Part shown: piece after piece, positions 37,228 to 46,800 of the stretch
Layout of the letters: each line of letters opens with the position of its first letter
How positions within the stretch are numbered: the first letter of the stretch is position 1
DNA from: Eubacteriales bacterium
GTDB taxonomy: Bacteria > Bacillota > Clostridia > Oscillospirales > CAG-272
NCBI GenBank assembly: GCA_045596865.1
Contig: JAZODF010000039.1
Location: forward strand, 2,245 to 66,244
Reading direction: 5' to 3'
DNA: 64,000 nt
Notes under the pieces: model-generated
Seen by the model: only the letters and a program-made list of their open reading frames with translations
What the model was told of the DNA's origin: nothing
Databases searched by the model: none
Translations under genes and position numbers: made by a program

Positions 37228-37256
37228 TGTCGTAGTCCGCGCGAAGCGCGTAAAAA

Positions 37257-37679
37257 TCAGGTAATGATCAGGAAAACGAGGGCGGCAACCGCAATTACAA
37301 GCAGGACGGCGAGAGTGATAAACAGGGCGCGCTTGATGCGGCGGGCGCGGGCAAAGCGGCGTGCCTTGCGCAGATATTTGCTGATGGGGTCGCGCTTTTT
37401 CACAACGTCGCGGCGGAAGAGGGCGAGCCAATTGACGTCCTCCTTGGTGACCTCGTCACTCTTGCGAATGGCGCCCGGCTCGTGTGCGAAGAGGTTGCGA
37501 AGATTGCGATACTTCACAAGGCGGGGCAATACCGATTCCCTGTCAGGAGCGAAGCGCGCGTTGTTAAGACGGTTGATGTATTCGGTTACGCCTGCCGTTG
37601 CGACGCCAAACTTCTCACAGCAAAGCCTGTCCAGCTCGAGAAAGCCCTTGAGGAATTTTTCGTTAAGTCGCTTACTCAC
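37257..37679 (-). CDS. Hypothetical tail-anchored membrane protein
   Basis: 140 aa, GTG start, helical N-terminal domain, single C-terminal TM. Weak RBS. Confidence 0.45.
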   Translation of the reverse strand: MSKRLNEKFLKGFLELDRLCCEKFGVATAGVTEYINRLNNARFAPDRESVLPRLVKYRNLRNLFAHEPGAIRKSDEVTKEDVNWLALFRRDVVKKRDPISKYLRKARRFARARRIKRALFITLAVLLVIAVAALVFLIIT

Positions 37680-37986
37680 GGTCTGTCTGCCTTTCTCAAA
37701 TATTTGCGTTTGTTAACGCATGTCAATTAGATTTTACACTAAACTAAAATATTTTGCAATAGTTATGCGCGAAATATATACTCAAAACTGTTAAATATTC
37801 TTAAATGTGTAAATATTTGTTTGCATTTACGCCTATGTTTTGCTTCGTGCTATCCTATTTTTGCCGTTTTTGTGGGATTTATTCCCCGATTTTTCCACTT
37901 TTATAAATGAATCACGGAGGGCGCCAATGCCCTCCGCGACACTATTTTCACAGTATTTGGTGTTATCCCGAAACGAAGCCGCATGT

Positions 37987-38270
37987 CGCGCAAAATATGC
38001 CAAAATGCGACACGGGGTCGGGCTTACGCGGGTTTTTGCACGGCTTCGCGGGTGCCCGCGAGGTGCGGTGGGACACACAATCCGCCGTTATCACACCGCG
38101 TCGCGACGCAAAATACGTCAAAACGCGACACAGGGTCGGACTTACACGGTTTTTCGGCACAAGGCCACCGGATGGGTCGGACTTACGCGGTATTACGACA
38201 CAAGGTCACCGGATGGGTCGGACTTACGCGGTATTCCGGCACAAGGTCACCTGATGGGTCGGACCGCGTC
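37987..38270 (+). repeat. Cluster of GGGTCGGACTTAC-containing repeats, including 41-bp tandem units
   Basis: Paralogous approximately 56-nt units at 37987-38042 and 38102-38160. 41-bp tandem units start at 38161, 38202 and 38243 (the last is partial). Confidence 0.8.
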
Positions 38271-38323
38271 GAGGCGATCTTGCGGGGTGTAATGGTCCCG
38301 CACGGGATGCGCCCGCAGGCATT

Positions 38324-39595
38324 TTACCAATCGGTTACGGTTGCCTCGGTGATCGGGATTGTGACGCTCATATCAACGTCGCCGCGGGTGATGTTGAACA
38401 CCACGGTCGAGTCGACGCGCGCATTGATCATACATTCGGTCGCGTTGTGCGTGCGGTCAGCCTCGTAGAGGATGCCGTCAATCTCGACCGAGCGGATAAT
38501 ATCCCCCTCGAGCAGGCGGACGTCGGCAACGCTGCCCGCGGTTACGCCCGTGATCTTCACGATCTCCTTTTTGTGTACCTTGCCCGTTTCGGTATCGTAC
38601 ACGGTATATCTGTCTTCCACGCCGACGCGCACGCCGATAACGCACCGCTTGACGCAGGTAACGGTCTTGCCGTCGCAGTTGTAGATTATATTCTCGGTCA
38701 CGCTCTTGACGAGGTCGGAGGGGATGGCGTAGCCGATATTCTCCACCTCCTCGGAGGAGGTCTTTGCGTTCACGATGCCGATGAGGTTGCCCTCGGCGTT
38801 ATACAGGCCACCGCCCGAGTTACCCTCGTTGACCGCGGTGTCGATGCGCATCACGCGAATGGTGATGGCGGTTTTCTCATCCGCGGCAAGCAGCTCGATA
38901 TTCTCCGAATCCACGTTGACGTAGCCGACGGTGGCGGAAATTCCGTCGCCCTCGGGGTTGCCGATTGCGATGGCGGTATCAAGCACGCAGACCTCGTCGG
39001 AGGAGGCGAAGGTCGCCGCAACCGCATTCGATTCGGCGAGGATGCGGCTGCCCTTTATTTTCAGGACCGCAATGTCGAAATACATCGACCCGCCGACGTA
39101 CTCGCAGTAAATCTCCTTGCCGCAGTTCTCCATACCGAACAGCTCAACGTACATTTTGTCGCTGATATGACCGGCGGTGGATGCGCTCTCCTCATAAACG
39201 ACGTGGTAATTCGTGATGACGTAGGCGTCCCCGTTCTCCTTATCGAGCTGATAGATCACGCCCGCGCCCTTGCGCGTTTCGCTACGGGAGGAGGTGTAGT
39301 TCGGGCCGTAGCCCGACTTGTATTCAAAATAGCAGGACACGCTGACGGTGGACAGCAGGCCCTTCGCCGCGGCGGCGACGTTGGGGTTCTCGGCGCCGTT
39401 TATCGTGACGTTGACGGTGTCGCCGCCCTCGACGGTGACGTTACCGACCATGCTGTTGTCGATGAGGTTTTCGACCTCCTCGCGCGTCATATACTTTTCG
39501 TCGTCGAATTTCAGGACGCACCCCGTCAGGCAAAGAGCAAGGCTCGCAAATACGAGGAGCATCGCAAAAATCCGCAGTTTATTGCTTTTAATCAT
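38324..39595 (-). CDS. S1C (HtrA/DegP-like) serine protease, lipoprotein
   Basis: Lipobox LTGC. TNYHVV (His), GNSGGGLYN (Ser), and a C-terminal PDZ-like region. Confidence 0.8.
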   Translation of the reverse strand: MIKSNKLRIFAMLLVFASLALCLTGCVLKFDDEKYMTREEVENLIDNSMVGNVTVEGGDTVNVTINGAENPNVAAAAKGLLSTVSVSCYFEYKSGYGPNYTSSRSETRKGAGVIYQLDKENGDAYVITNYHVVYEESASTAGHISDKMYVELFGMENCGKEIYCEYVGGSMYFDIAVLKIKGSRILAESNAVAATFASSDEVCVLDTAIAIGNPEGDGISATVGYVNVDSENIELLAADEKTAITIRVMRIDTAVNEGNSGGGLYNAEGNLIGIVNAKTSSEEVENIGYAIPSDLVKSVTENIIYNCDGKTVTCVKRCVIGVRVGVEDRYTVYDTETGKVHKKEIVKITGVTAGSVADVRLLEGDIIRSVEIDGILYEADRTHNATECMINARVDSTVVFNITRGDVDMSVTIPITEATVTDW

Positions 39596-39885
39596 AAAAA
39601 CTCCGTTACGGTGGCAGTTTTTCGAGATAATTCACCACCTTACAGGTATATTATAATATATCTTTGTGTACGAAGTATTAATAAGATATAAATTTTGTGC
39701 GCATCGCGCGCGGAAAGGGCGGCGAATTGATGAATTGGTTGCAATTCAATTCATGGAGCGAAGCGAGAAATCATGGCGGAGCCAATTCATGATGCGTAAG
39801 CATCAATTCATTCATAAAAACGAACAGAGCAAGAATCGAAGGAGGTTTATCCTTTTACTCTTGCTCTTTTCTTATTTTTCTCTCG

Positions 39886-41013
39886 TTATTTCTTGTTCGG
39901 ATTTTTGAAGAACTGGTAGAGGTAGCAGGGGATCATGCCGTTATAGAGCTTCTTCACCTTATCGGCGCGGCGGCCGTACAGCCGCTCGAAGCCCGCGTGG
40001 CTGGTGATGATGTACGCCTGCCATGGCTCAAGGGTCTTGAAATGCCGTCCGAGGTCGCGGTAAAGCGCCTCCACCTCGGCAAGCTCGCCAAGTCGCTCAC
40101 CGTACGGGGGATTGGTGACGATGGTGCCGCGCCTGCCGCCCGTGGTGATGCGGCGGGCATCCTGGCGAAACACCTTCATCGAGTTGAGCACGCCCGCACG
40201 GTAGGCGTTGGCCTTCGTGATCTCAAGGCAATCCTCGTCGATATCGGAGGCGTACGCCTCGAAGTCGCTCTTAACGATGCCCTCGAGCGCCTCCTCCTTC
40301 GCATCCCGCCACAGCCACTCGGGGATATAGGGGAACGCCTCGGCGGCGAAGTGACGGCGCATTCCGGGGGCGATGTTGCGCATGCGCATTGCCGCCTCGA
40401 TGGCTATCGTACCACTGCCGCACATGGGGTCCCAGAGGAGGACGTCCTCCCTCGGGCGGGAGGTGGCAACGATAGCCGCGGCGAGCGTTTCGCGAATAGG
40501 GGCGGCGTTGGATTCGCGGCGATAGCCGCGCTTATGCAGGGGCTCGCCCGAGGTGTCGATCATCAGGGTCGCCTCGTCATTTAGGATAAAGAACTCGACC
40601 TTATACTTCCCCGCGTCCTCGGGGAATACCGAGATGCCGTACCGCTCGGACATTGAGCGGACGATTGCCTTTTTGATGATGGCCTGGCAATCGGGGATGG
40701 AGTGCAGGGCGGAGTGTATAGAATGGCCCGTGACAGGAAATGCGTCGTTTTTGCCGATGAAGTCCGCCCACGGGAGGGCGCGCGTGCCCTCAAAGAGCAT
40801 ATCGAAGGTGGTCGCGGTAAAGGAGCCGACCTTAATATACACCCGCTCGGCATAGCGCAGAAAGACGTTGGCAAGCGCGACCGCCTGCTCGTCGCCCGCG
40901 AAGGTGACCCTGCCGTTTATTGTGGAAATGCGCTCGTACCCGAGGGCGTCGATCTCCTCGCCGAGGAGGTGCTCAAGCCCAAACAGGCAGGTCGCAACAA
41001 GCTGTAGCCTCAT
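39886..41013 (-). CDS. THUMP-domain class I SAM-dependent RNA methyltransferase
   Basis: 375 aa. DPMCGSGTIAIEAA (SAM binding) and NPPYGERLG. Confidence 0.85.
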   Translation of the reverse strand: MRLQLVATCLFGLEHLLGEEIDALGYERISTINGRVTFAGDEQAVALANVFLRYAERVYIKVGSFTATTFDMLFEGTRALPWADFIGKNDAFPVTGHSIHSALHSIPDCQAIIKKAIVRSMSERYGISVFPEDAGKYKVEFFILNDEATLMIDTSGEPLHKRGYRRESNAAPIRETLAAAIVATSRPREDVLLWDPMCGSGTIAIEAAMRMRNIAPGMRRHFAAEAFPYIPEWLWRDAKEEALEGIVKSDFEAYASDIDEDCLEITKANAYRAGVLNSMKVFRQDARRITTGGRRGTIVTNPPYGERLGELAEVEALYRDLGRHFKTLEPWQAYIITSHAGFERLYGRRADKVKKLYNGMIPCYLYQFFKNPNKK

Positions 41014-41084
41014 GTGTTATCCCTTTCAAAGGACAAGCGCACCGAAGGGGGTGCGCTTGTCATGTAGAATGTAAATAGTTGTTG

Positions 41085-41936
41085 TCAATTTTTGCTCGCG
41101 AGATAGTCCTCGAAAATGACGGTATCGAAGCCGTCACCGAGGGCGCGGAGCTCCTCCTCCTCGCTCTTTACGGTCCATGCGATGAGGGGCGTGTTAAATT
41201 TACGGCGGATTTCGCGCAGAGTGGGGATGGTTGCACCGCACTTTTCGTAGGCGATAAAGTCGGGCCGCATAAAGAAATTGAGGTAAAGGCGGGTCAAGAG
41301 CCAATAGAGGGGCTTGCCACGGGTCTTTTCGCTCCTTGAATAGTCGGTCGAGAGGATGCCGATAAGGACGTCGGGGCGGTGCGCCTTGAAATTCTTCAGG
41401 GCCTTCGGGTTAAAGGACTCGACGATGTAGTCGCCGCGATATCCCTCAAGCTCGGTGACGAGTCGCTCTGCAACCGCGCCCTCGCTCGGATCCTGCTTGA
41501 TCTCGATGAGCATGGGGATGGCGCCGTCGATAAGCTCGAGCACCTCACGGAAGGTGGGAATACCCTCACCCGTGCCCAAGAGGCTGACCTTTTTCAGCTC
41601 GGCGGTGGGAATTTCGGACACCTTGCCGCTGACACCGCACACGCGGTCGAGGGTAGAGTCGTGGAATACGACGAGCTCGCCGTCGCCGCTAAGCCGCACG
41701 TCAAGCTCAATGCCGTAACCCGCCGCCTTCGCCGCGGCGAAGGCAGAGAGCGAATTTTCCGCGCGGACGGAGTCGTGCAGTCCGCGGTGGGCGTACTTTA
41801 CGCCCGTGATATATTTCTGCATTTCGGCGTTTCTGTGCCCCGGGCGAAGCGCCCATGCGCGAAGGATAAGAAACGCGACAAACAGGAGCAAAAGCGCCCC
41901 AAGCGTAATGATAAGTGCAATTAATGCGGGATGCAT
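41085..41936 (-). CDS. Glycerophosphodiester phosphodiesterase, membrane-anchored
   Basis: N-terminal TM. AHRGLHD, ENSLSAF, GIELDVRL and VFHD motifs. Confidence 0.85.
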   Translation of the reverse strand: MHPALIALIITLGALLLLFVAFLILRAWALRPGHRNAEMQKYITGVKYAHRGLHDSVRAENSLSAFAAAKAAGYGIELDVRLSGDGELVVFHDSTLDRVCGVSGKVSEIPTAELKKVSLLGTGEGIPTFREVLELIDGAIPMLIEIKQDPSEGAVAERLVTELEGYRGDYIVESFNPKALKNFKAHRPDVLIGILSTDYSRSEKTRGKPLYWLLTRLYLNFFMRPDFIAYEKCGATIPTLREIRRKFNTPLIAWTVKSEEEELRALGDGFDTVIFEDYLASKN

Positions 41937-41979
41937 ATTTTCACCAAAATCCCTTCAAAAACGTGACACGGGGTCGGGC

Positions 41980-43503
41980 TTAGTCATCCGCGCCGCCGAG
42001 CGCCTCGAGTGCGGAGACCTTCTCTGCCTTGGCGTCGCCGTGCTTAACGAAGAACATAGTAACGAAGGAGAACGCAACGAATACCGCACCGAAGATAAAG
42101 AAGACGTAGCGCATACCGAGGTTCGCGTTGCCGAGTGCGTTACCGACGAGGTCGTAGATCGCGCCCGAGAGGATGGGTGCAACGATCTGTGCCGCCATGG
42201 ACGCGGTGTAGTAGTAGCCGGTGTACTTACCGACGTCGCCGCCGCGCGCCAGCTCAACAACCATCGGGAAGGAGTTGACGTTGATGGTAGCCCAGCCAAT
42301 GCCCGCGAGTGCGAAGATCGGGAACATTATGATGGCGGGAACGGTGGGGGTGATGAAATAGCCGAGAAGGAAGGCACTCGCCAGCATGATGATACCCGCG
42401 AGGATGGTCTTTCTTCTACCGAATTTCGAGGACACGATACCGACGGGTATGTAGGAGATGATCGCCGCCGCCTGTGCAATGATGAGGGTGGCGTTGTAAT
42501 CGAATCCGAGAACGTTGGTGGCGTAAACCGAATACTTCGAGGTGATGGAGTTGTATCCGATATACCAGAGGGCAACCGACGCGAGAATGAGCGCAAGCGA
42601 GATGAACTCGGGCTTCGAGAGCTTTCTCTTCTCGCCACTCGCCTCCTGTTCCTCCTCGTTAAGACCGAGGCGCTCGGACTCCGCCTCCATTTCCTCGGCC
42701 CAGGTCTTTTCCTTGACCGTGAGGATGAAGATAACAAGGCCCATGCCCATGATCGCGCAAACCGCGATCACGTAGCCGACGTAGCTCATATAAAGATTCT
42801 TCGCGGTGCCGAATACCATACCGAGGACGAGCACGAGAACGCCGCCCGCGGCACCCATAAGGTTGATGATCGCGTTACCCTTGGAGCGCAGGGGCTTGAC
42901 GGTAACGTCGGGCATAAGTGCAACGGCAGGCGAGCGGAAGGTCGCCATAGAAAGGAGCACGACGAGAAGCACGCCGATAAATCCAACGACGGGCCAGAGG
43001 TTAGAGAGGGTGAACTCGTTCACCTTTGTGGTAATTTCGGCAAACACGCCGTCGAGGCGTGCAAGCTCTGCCTCGTGGAGGGCGACGAGCGCTTCATTGC
43101 CCGCTTCCTTTGCCTCGGCGAGGAGCTGCTTTGCCGCGGTCTGGAGCTCCTTGGTGTTGTTATACCACTCTACGATGCCCTCGTCGGCGAGGCGGGAGAG
43201 CTGCCACGCGTCGATGCATGCAAGGAACACGAAGGAAAGAATCGCCGCGCAGGTACCGAGGACGATGAAGGGGGTACGTCTGCCGAACTTGGTCATCACC
43301 TTGTCCGACAGGGCGCCGAAGATCGGCAGAAGGAACACGGCGAGGACGTTGTCGAGCGACATAACCGCGCCCGAAATAGTCTGCGAGAGGCCGTAATGGT
43401 TAGTCATAATAAGGGGGACGATTGCGTCGTACGCCTGCCAGAAGGCGCTGATGAGGAAGAACGCAAAGCCCACGAGAATCGTGCGTTTGTAATTAAGCTT
43501 CAT
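41980..43503 (-). CDS. MFS transporter (GPH/SLC45-like) with long hydrophilic insertion
   Basis: Start set to MKLNYKRT. 12 TM. An approximately 75-aa helical insertion (QLSRLADEG...KVNEFT) follows the early TMs. Confidence 0.8.
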   Translation of the reverse strand: MKLNYKRTILVGFAFFLISAFWQAYDAIVPLIMTNHYGLSQTISGAVMSLDNVLAVFLLPIFGALSDKVMTKFGRRTPFIVLGTCAAILSFVFLACIDAWQLSRLADEGIVEWYNNTKELQTAAKQLLAEAKEAGNEALVALHEAELARLDGVFAEITTKVNEFTLSNLWPVVGFIGVLLVVLLSMATFRSPAVALMPDVTVKPLRSKGNAIINLMGAAGGVLVLVLGMVFGTAKNLYMSYVGYVIAVCAIMGMGLVIFILTVKEKTWAEEMEAESERLGLNEEEQEASGEKRKLSKPEFISLALILASVALWYIGYNSITSKYSVYATNVLGFDYNATLIIAQAAAIISYIPVGIVSSKFGRRKTILAGIIMLASAFLLGYFITPTVPAIIMFPIFALAGIGWATINVNSFPMVVELARGGDVGKYTGYYYTASMAAQIVAPILSGAIYDLVGNALGNANLGMRYVFFIFGAVFVAFSFVTMFFVKHGDAKAEKVSALEALGGADD

Positions 43504-43559
43504 AAATTTTCTCCGTTTTCTGCGGCGGTGCCGCGAATAAATGGGGTAAGCCATCTTTA

Positions 43560-43588
43560 ATATTAGCATAAAACGCACTATTTGTCAA
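43560..43588 (-). promoter_or_regulatory. Putative MFS promoter
   Basis: Minus strand TTGACA-N17-TAATAT. Confidence 0.45.
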
Positions 43589-43589
43589 A

Positions 43590-43655
43590 TGTTATATAAT
43601 ATTTCATATATTTTCCTGCACGTGTTATATAATATTTCATATATTTTCCTACACG
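43590..43655 (+). repeat. Two tandem copies of an AT-rich 33-bp unit
   Basis: TGTTATATAATATTTCATATATTTTCCT(G/A)CACG at 43590-43622 and 43623-43655. Confidence 0.85.
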
Positions 43656-43766
43656 CGCGCCGTGCACGCGACAAAAAGGACAAAAGCCCGTCCAACTTTT
43701 GCCCAACCCATATCACCCGGCAAATACCGCCGCAACCCCCGTCACGCCATAAACAGCACAAAGGCA

Positions 43767-43795
43767 TTGATTTGTTCATATCTATATGGTAAAAT
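43767..43795 (+). promoter_or_regulatory. RHS-cassette promoter
   Basis: TTGATT-N17-(TGG)TAAAAT, with AAAGGAGAA RBS and ATG 39 nt downstream of the -10. Paralogous to 12009-12037. Confidence 0.6.
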
Positions 43796-43833
43796 ATAGG
43801 TGGAATCAATAAAAACAAAAAAGGAGAAACGAA

Positions 43834-46800
43834 ATGGCTTATGTGAAAAATTTCAATCCAGGACAGATTTTGCTTGACCTTCCGAGTGCTAACCACATTT
43901 ATGAGCTGCCACTATTGTCGTTTGGCGACGTTAACGGAAGCGTTGGAATTTCGGTTATTTATAACCGCCAGTTTGCCGCTATGGGCGATCAGCGCTTCGG
44001 TTTTTACATGGGCTACAAGCTGAATTTGCAGAAAAAGATTCTGTTTAGCGACAATAGCTCGGGTAATTACATCGACGCCAACGGAAAAACGATTCCCTTT
44101 TGGAGAACAGAAGGAGTTTATCTTTTTGAGGACGAGGGCACTCGCGTAATGGTTCCTATCGGAACATCATACAAGGTATTCTACCCGGATAATAGCTATG
44201 AAATATTCGATCAATCCGGAAGAATCACGCTAATGTACGATAAATACGGGCATATTTTGGCAAGCTTAACGTACGGTAGCAACGGACTTTTAACATCCAT
44301 AACCATTAAGAACAAGCACGTTGTTTCCGTATCGAACAATGCTGCCAATATGATTTCCTCGATCTCACACAATGGCTTATCTATTGGATTTGTTCACCCT
44401 GCCGGTCCGCTTAACGTTTCGCATTATTCGGGGGTATCGTACTCGATCGTGCCCACAAGCGGATATGGCTTGACCGCCACCGCCACGGGGACAGAAAACT
44501 CGGTATCCGTTTCGCATTCGGTTCGCTTGACGCTCTCGGGAACGAATGTACGCTCGTCATACTTGATCAATAACAACGAGATCGATTATCAAATCTATTC
44601 CTTCCCCGATGAGGTTAATTGTCAGACACTGTATAACCAAGTTGAAATAACGGACAAAAACGGCGTAAAAACGAGAACGCAGTATCAAGGAAAGCACCCA
44701 ACCTATTCGTACGAGGTGACCGGTAATGATGACGTAGCCTTCGTGGATAACAAATACGGCGGTGCGGTAACTTTACATAGGCAATATTTAACGACCGAGG
44801 ACGGAAAGCCTAAAGGAATACAGCGGCTCAAAGATGGAGCCGCGATGTTGATTGCTGGTTCCAAAGAGTGGTTTTACGATATAACCGAGTATTCCTCGGT
44901 TATGGCAAACGGCTACTTCGTTTTGTCGGGATGGATCAATGCTCAAACCGAGTGTGACGATCCGGAAAACGTAGTTATGCAGCTCGACACAAGCACGGGT
45001 CCGACTTATTTTAGCATCGACGCCACCCCCTGCAACACTTGGAGATATTTCGCTCATACCTTCAAGACAAGCACCGCATTTGTTCGGATTCGCATTGACT
45101 CTAACAAAGCAGATTTAAGAGATTTAAGAATCACGTTCCAAGAAACCGGCAAGATCAATAACGGTGATTCATCCCATCTCACGCTCACGTCAGACGTGTT
45201 GTATTGCCGCAGAGCGAACACCGCCTCGTATGATAAAGTCCCCTTGTCTGAAGCAACCTTCAGTCACGGAGCGTTTAGTGTTCCGAACGAGTATGAACCA
45301 AACGCGAAGGTATATTACAACGACATCCTGAGATATAAGAAAAACCAAGCGGCGGGTGTTAATACAAATCATTTTTATTACAACAACGGTGAGTGTGTTT
45401 ACATATTGTCCTCTGCTTCGGATTCCTACATCACGGTTGAATACAACGGTGTTTCCTATAATCTGCACGATGCGTTTCTTGGGAATGAGGTATTCCGTCA
45501 CGGACACGGAAACGTCATCACTCAGATCAACAACACGACCGTGGCGATCGGGTCGCAAACCCAACGCCGTTTGGTAATACAAACCAAGAAAGCTACCGGC
45601 GAGCTGATTTCTTCACAGACGCTGGATAACAAACTCGACGTCATATCCGTAACAAATGAAGGGGTCACAACGACCTACGAAAGAACGAACGGCCTTATTA
45701 CGTCCGAGAGTGTTTCGGATTCGAGCGGACAGATTTTGTTCACTCGCACTATGTCATACGGTACGGATTCGGGCGGTAACGACGTCGTGACGTTGGTGGA
45801 CGAGTTTGGAAAAAGCACAGTCATTACGCTAGATTCAAACCACGGTGTCGAGCTATCTCTTACCGCCCCGGATAATAGTATAACCTCGAACGAATACGAC
45901 AGCGATTACTGCGCGCTGACCAAGCGCACGTTCTCCGGCTCCGCGCCTCGCTCCAATCAGCTTGCTTATTTTGCAGGCAATCTTCAAGGTGTTAATACGG
46001 GCTCTTTAGGCTACGAGTTCGAATACACCGACGGAAAGTTATCTAAGGTCGAAAAATCCGACGCCCCCGTAGAACAGCACGTAAATACCGATACCTCTAC
46101 GACAAGTCACTACCCATCGTCGCAGTCACCGCTTTATTCGGAGATAACAAACTTTGATAAATACGGCAGACCCATTTTGATAGAAAACCAAGCCGCATTT
46201 ACCTACAGCGTATTTCCCAACTATAACAGTTCCGGCGAAATGACGTCCAACATAAACAACGCAAGCTCCGTTCCGGCAACCGTTATCGACCATGTCGCGA
46301 ATGAAACGACGAGGTATTCGTATAACACCTCGGGCAAGGTGATTTCCGCGCTCGTAGCAGCCACGGATGATTATTCGGACAAAAAACGGGTCAGCGGCTG
46401 CGTCTACGATGCTATCGGACGCCTTTCCATGCAAAATTTCGCGTATGGCACAGGCACGAACGATATGGTTTTCGAGCAAATCGGATATAGAAAGGCGGAA
46501 ACAGACCCGACGGCAAACAACGTCATTCAATCTTATTCATATTATCACATTGAACACTCATCCGGTATTCCCGTCGCAAGCTCGCAAAATACGTTCGATT
46601 CCTTCAACCGTATTTCGGAAAGGTCAATCAGCTTGGGTAATGCCGTCTTTACAAAGCAGTTCAACTATAACAAAACTTGGTTGAGCAGCGAGTACCTTTG
46701 CCTAAATGATTCGTTATCCGAAACAATCTATTACAGTCGTGACGATATGGGCAGGCTCGCCTCCACATTGATAAGCAATCCTAATTCAGCGTATCACACC

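Noticed and set aside
38161-38270. Possible CRISPR or minisatellite-encoded peptide repeats
   Set aside because: The units are contiguous 41-bp tandem copies with no spacers. 41 is not a multiple of 3, so they cannot encode a periodic peptide.
37840-38468. Three overlapping plus-strand ORFs of 115-161 aa
   Set aside because: They lie entirely in the GGGTCGGACTTAC repeat nest, are open in all three frames, and have Arg/Thr/Gly-rich composition.
38447-39691. 414-aa ORF on the plus strand
   Set aside because: It is antisense to the S1C protease gene (His, and the Ser motif GNSGG, are on the minus strand).
41806-43560. 584-aa ORF on the plus strand
   Set aside because: It is antisense to the MFS transporter and GDPD genes. 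It has highly charged Arg/Glu/Asp/Gly composition and no start context.
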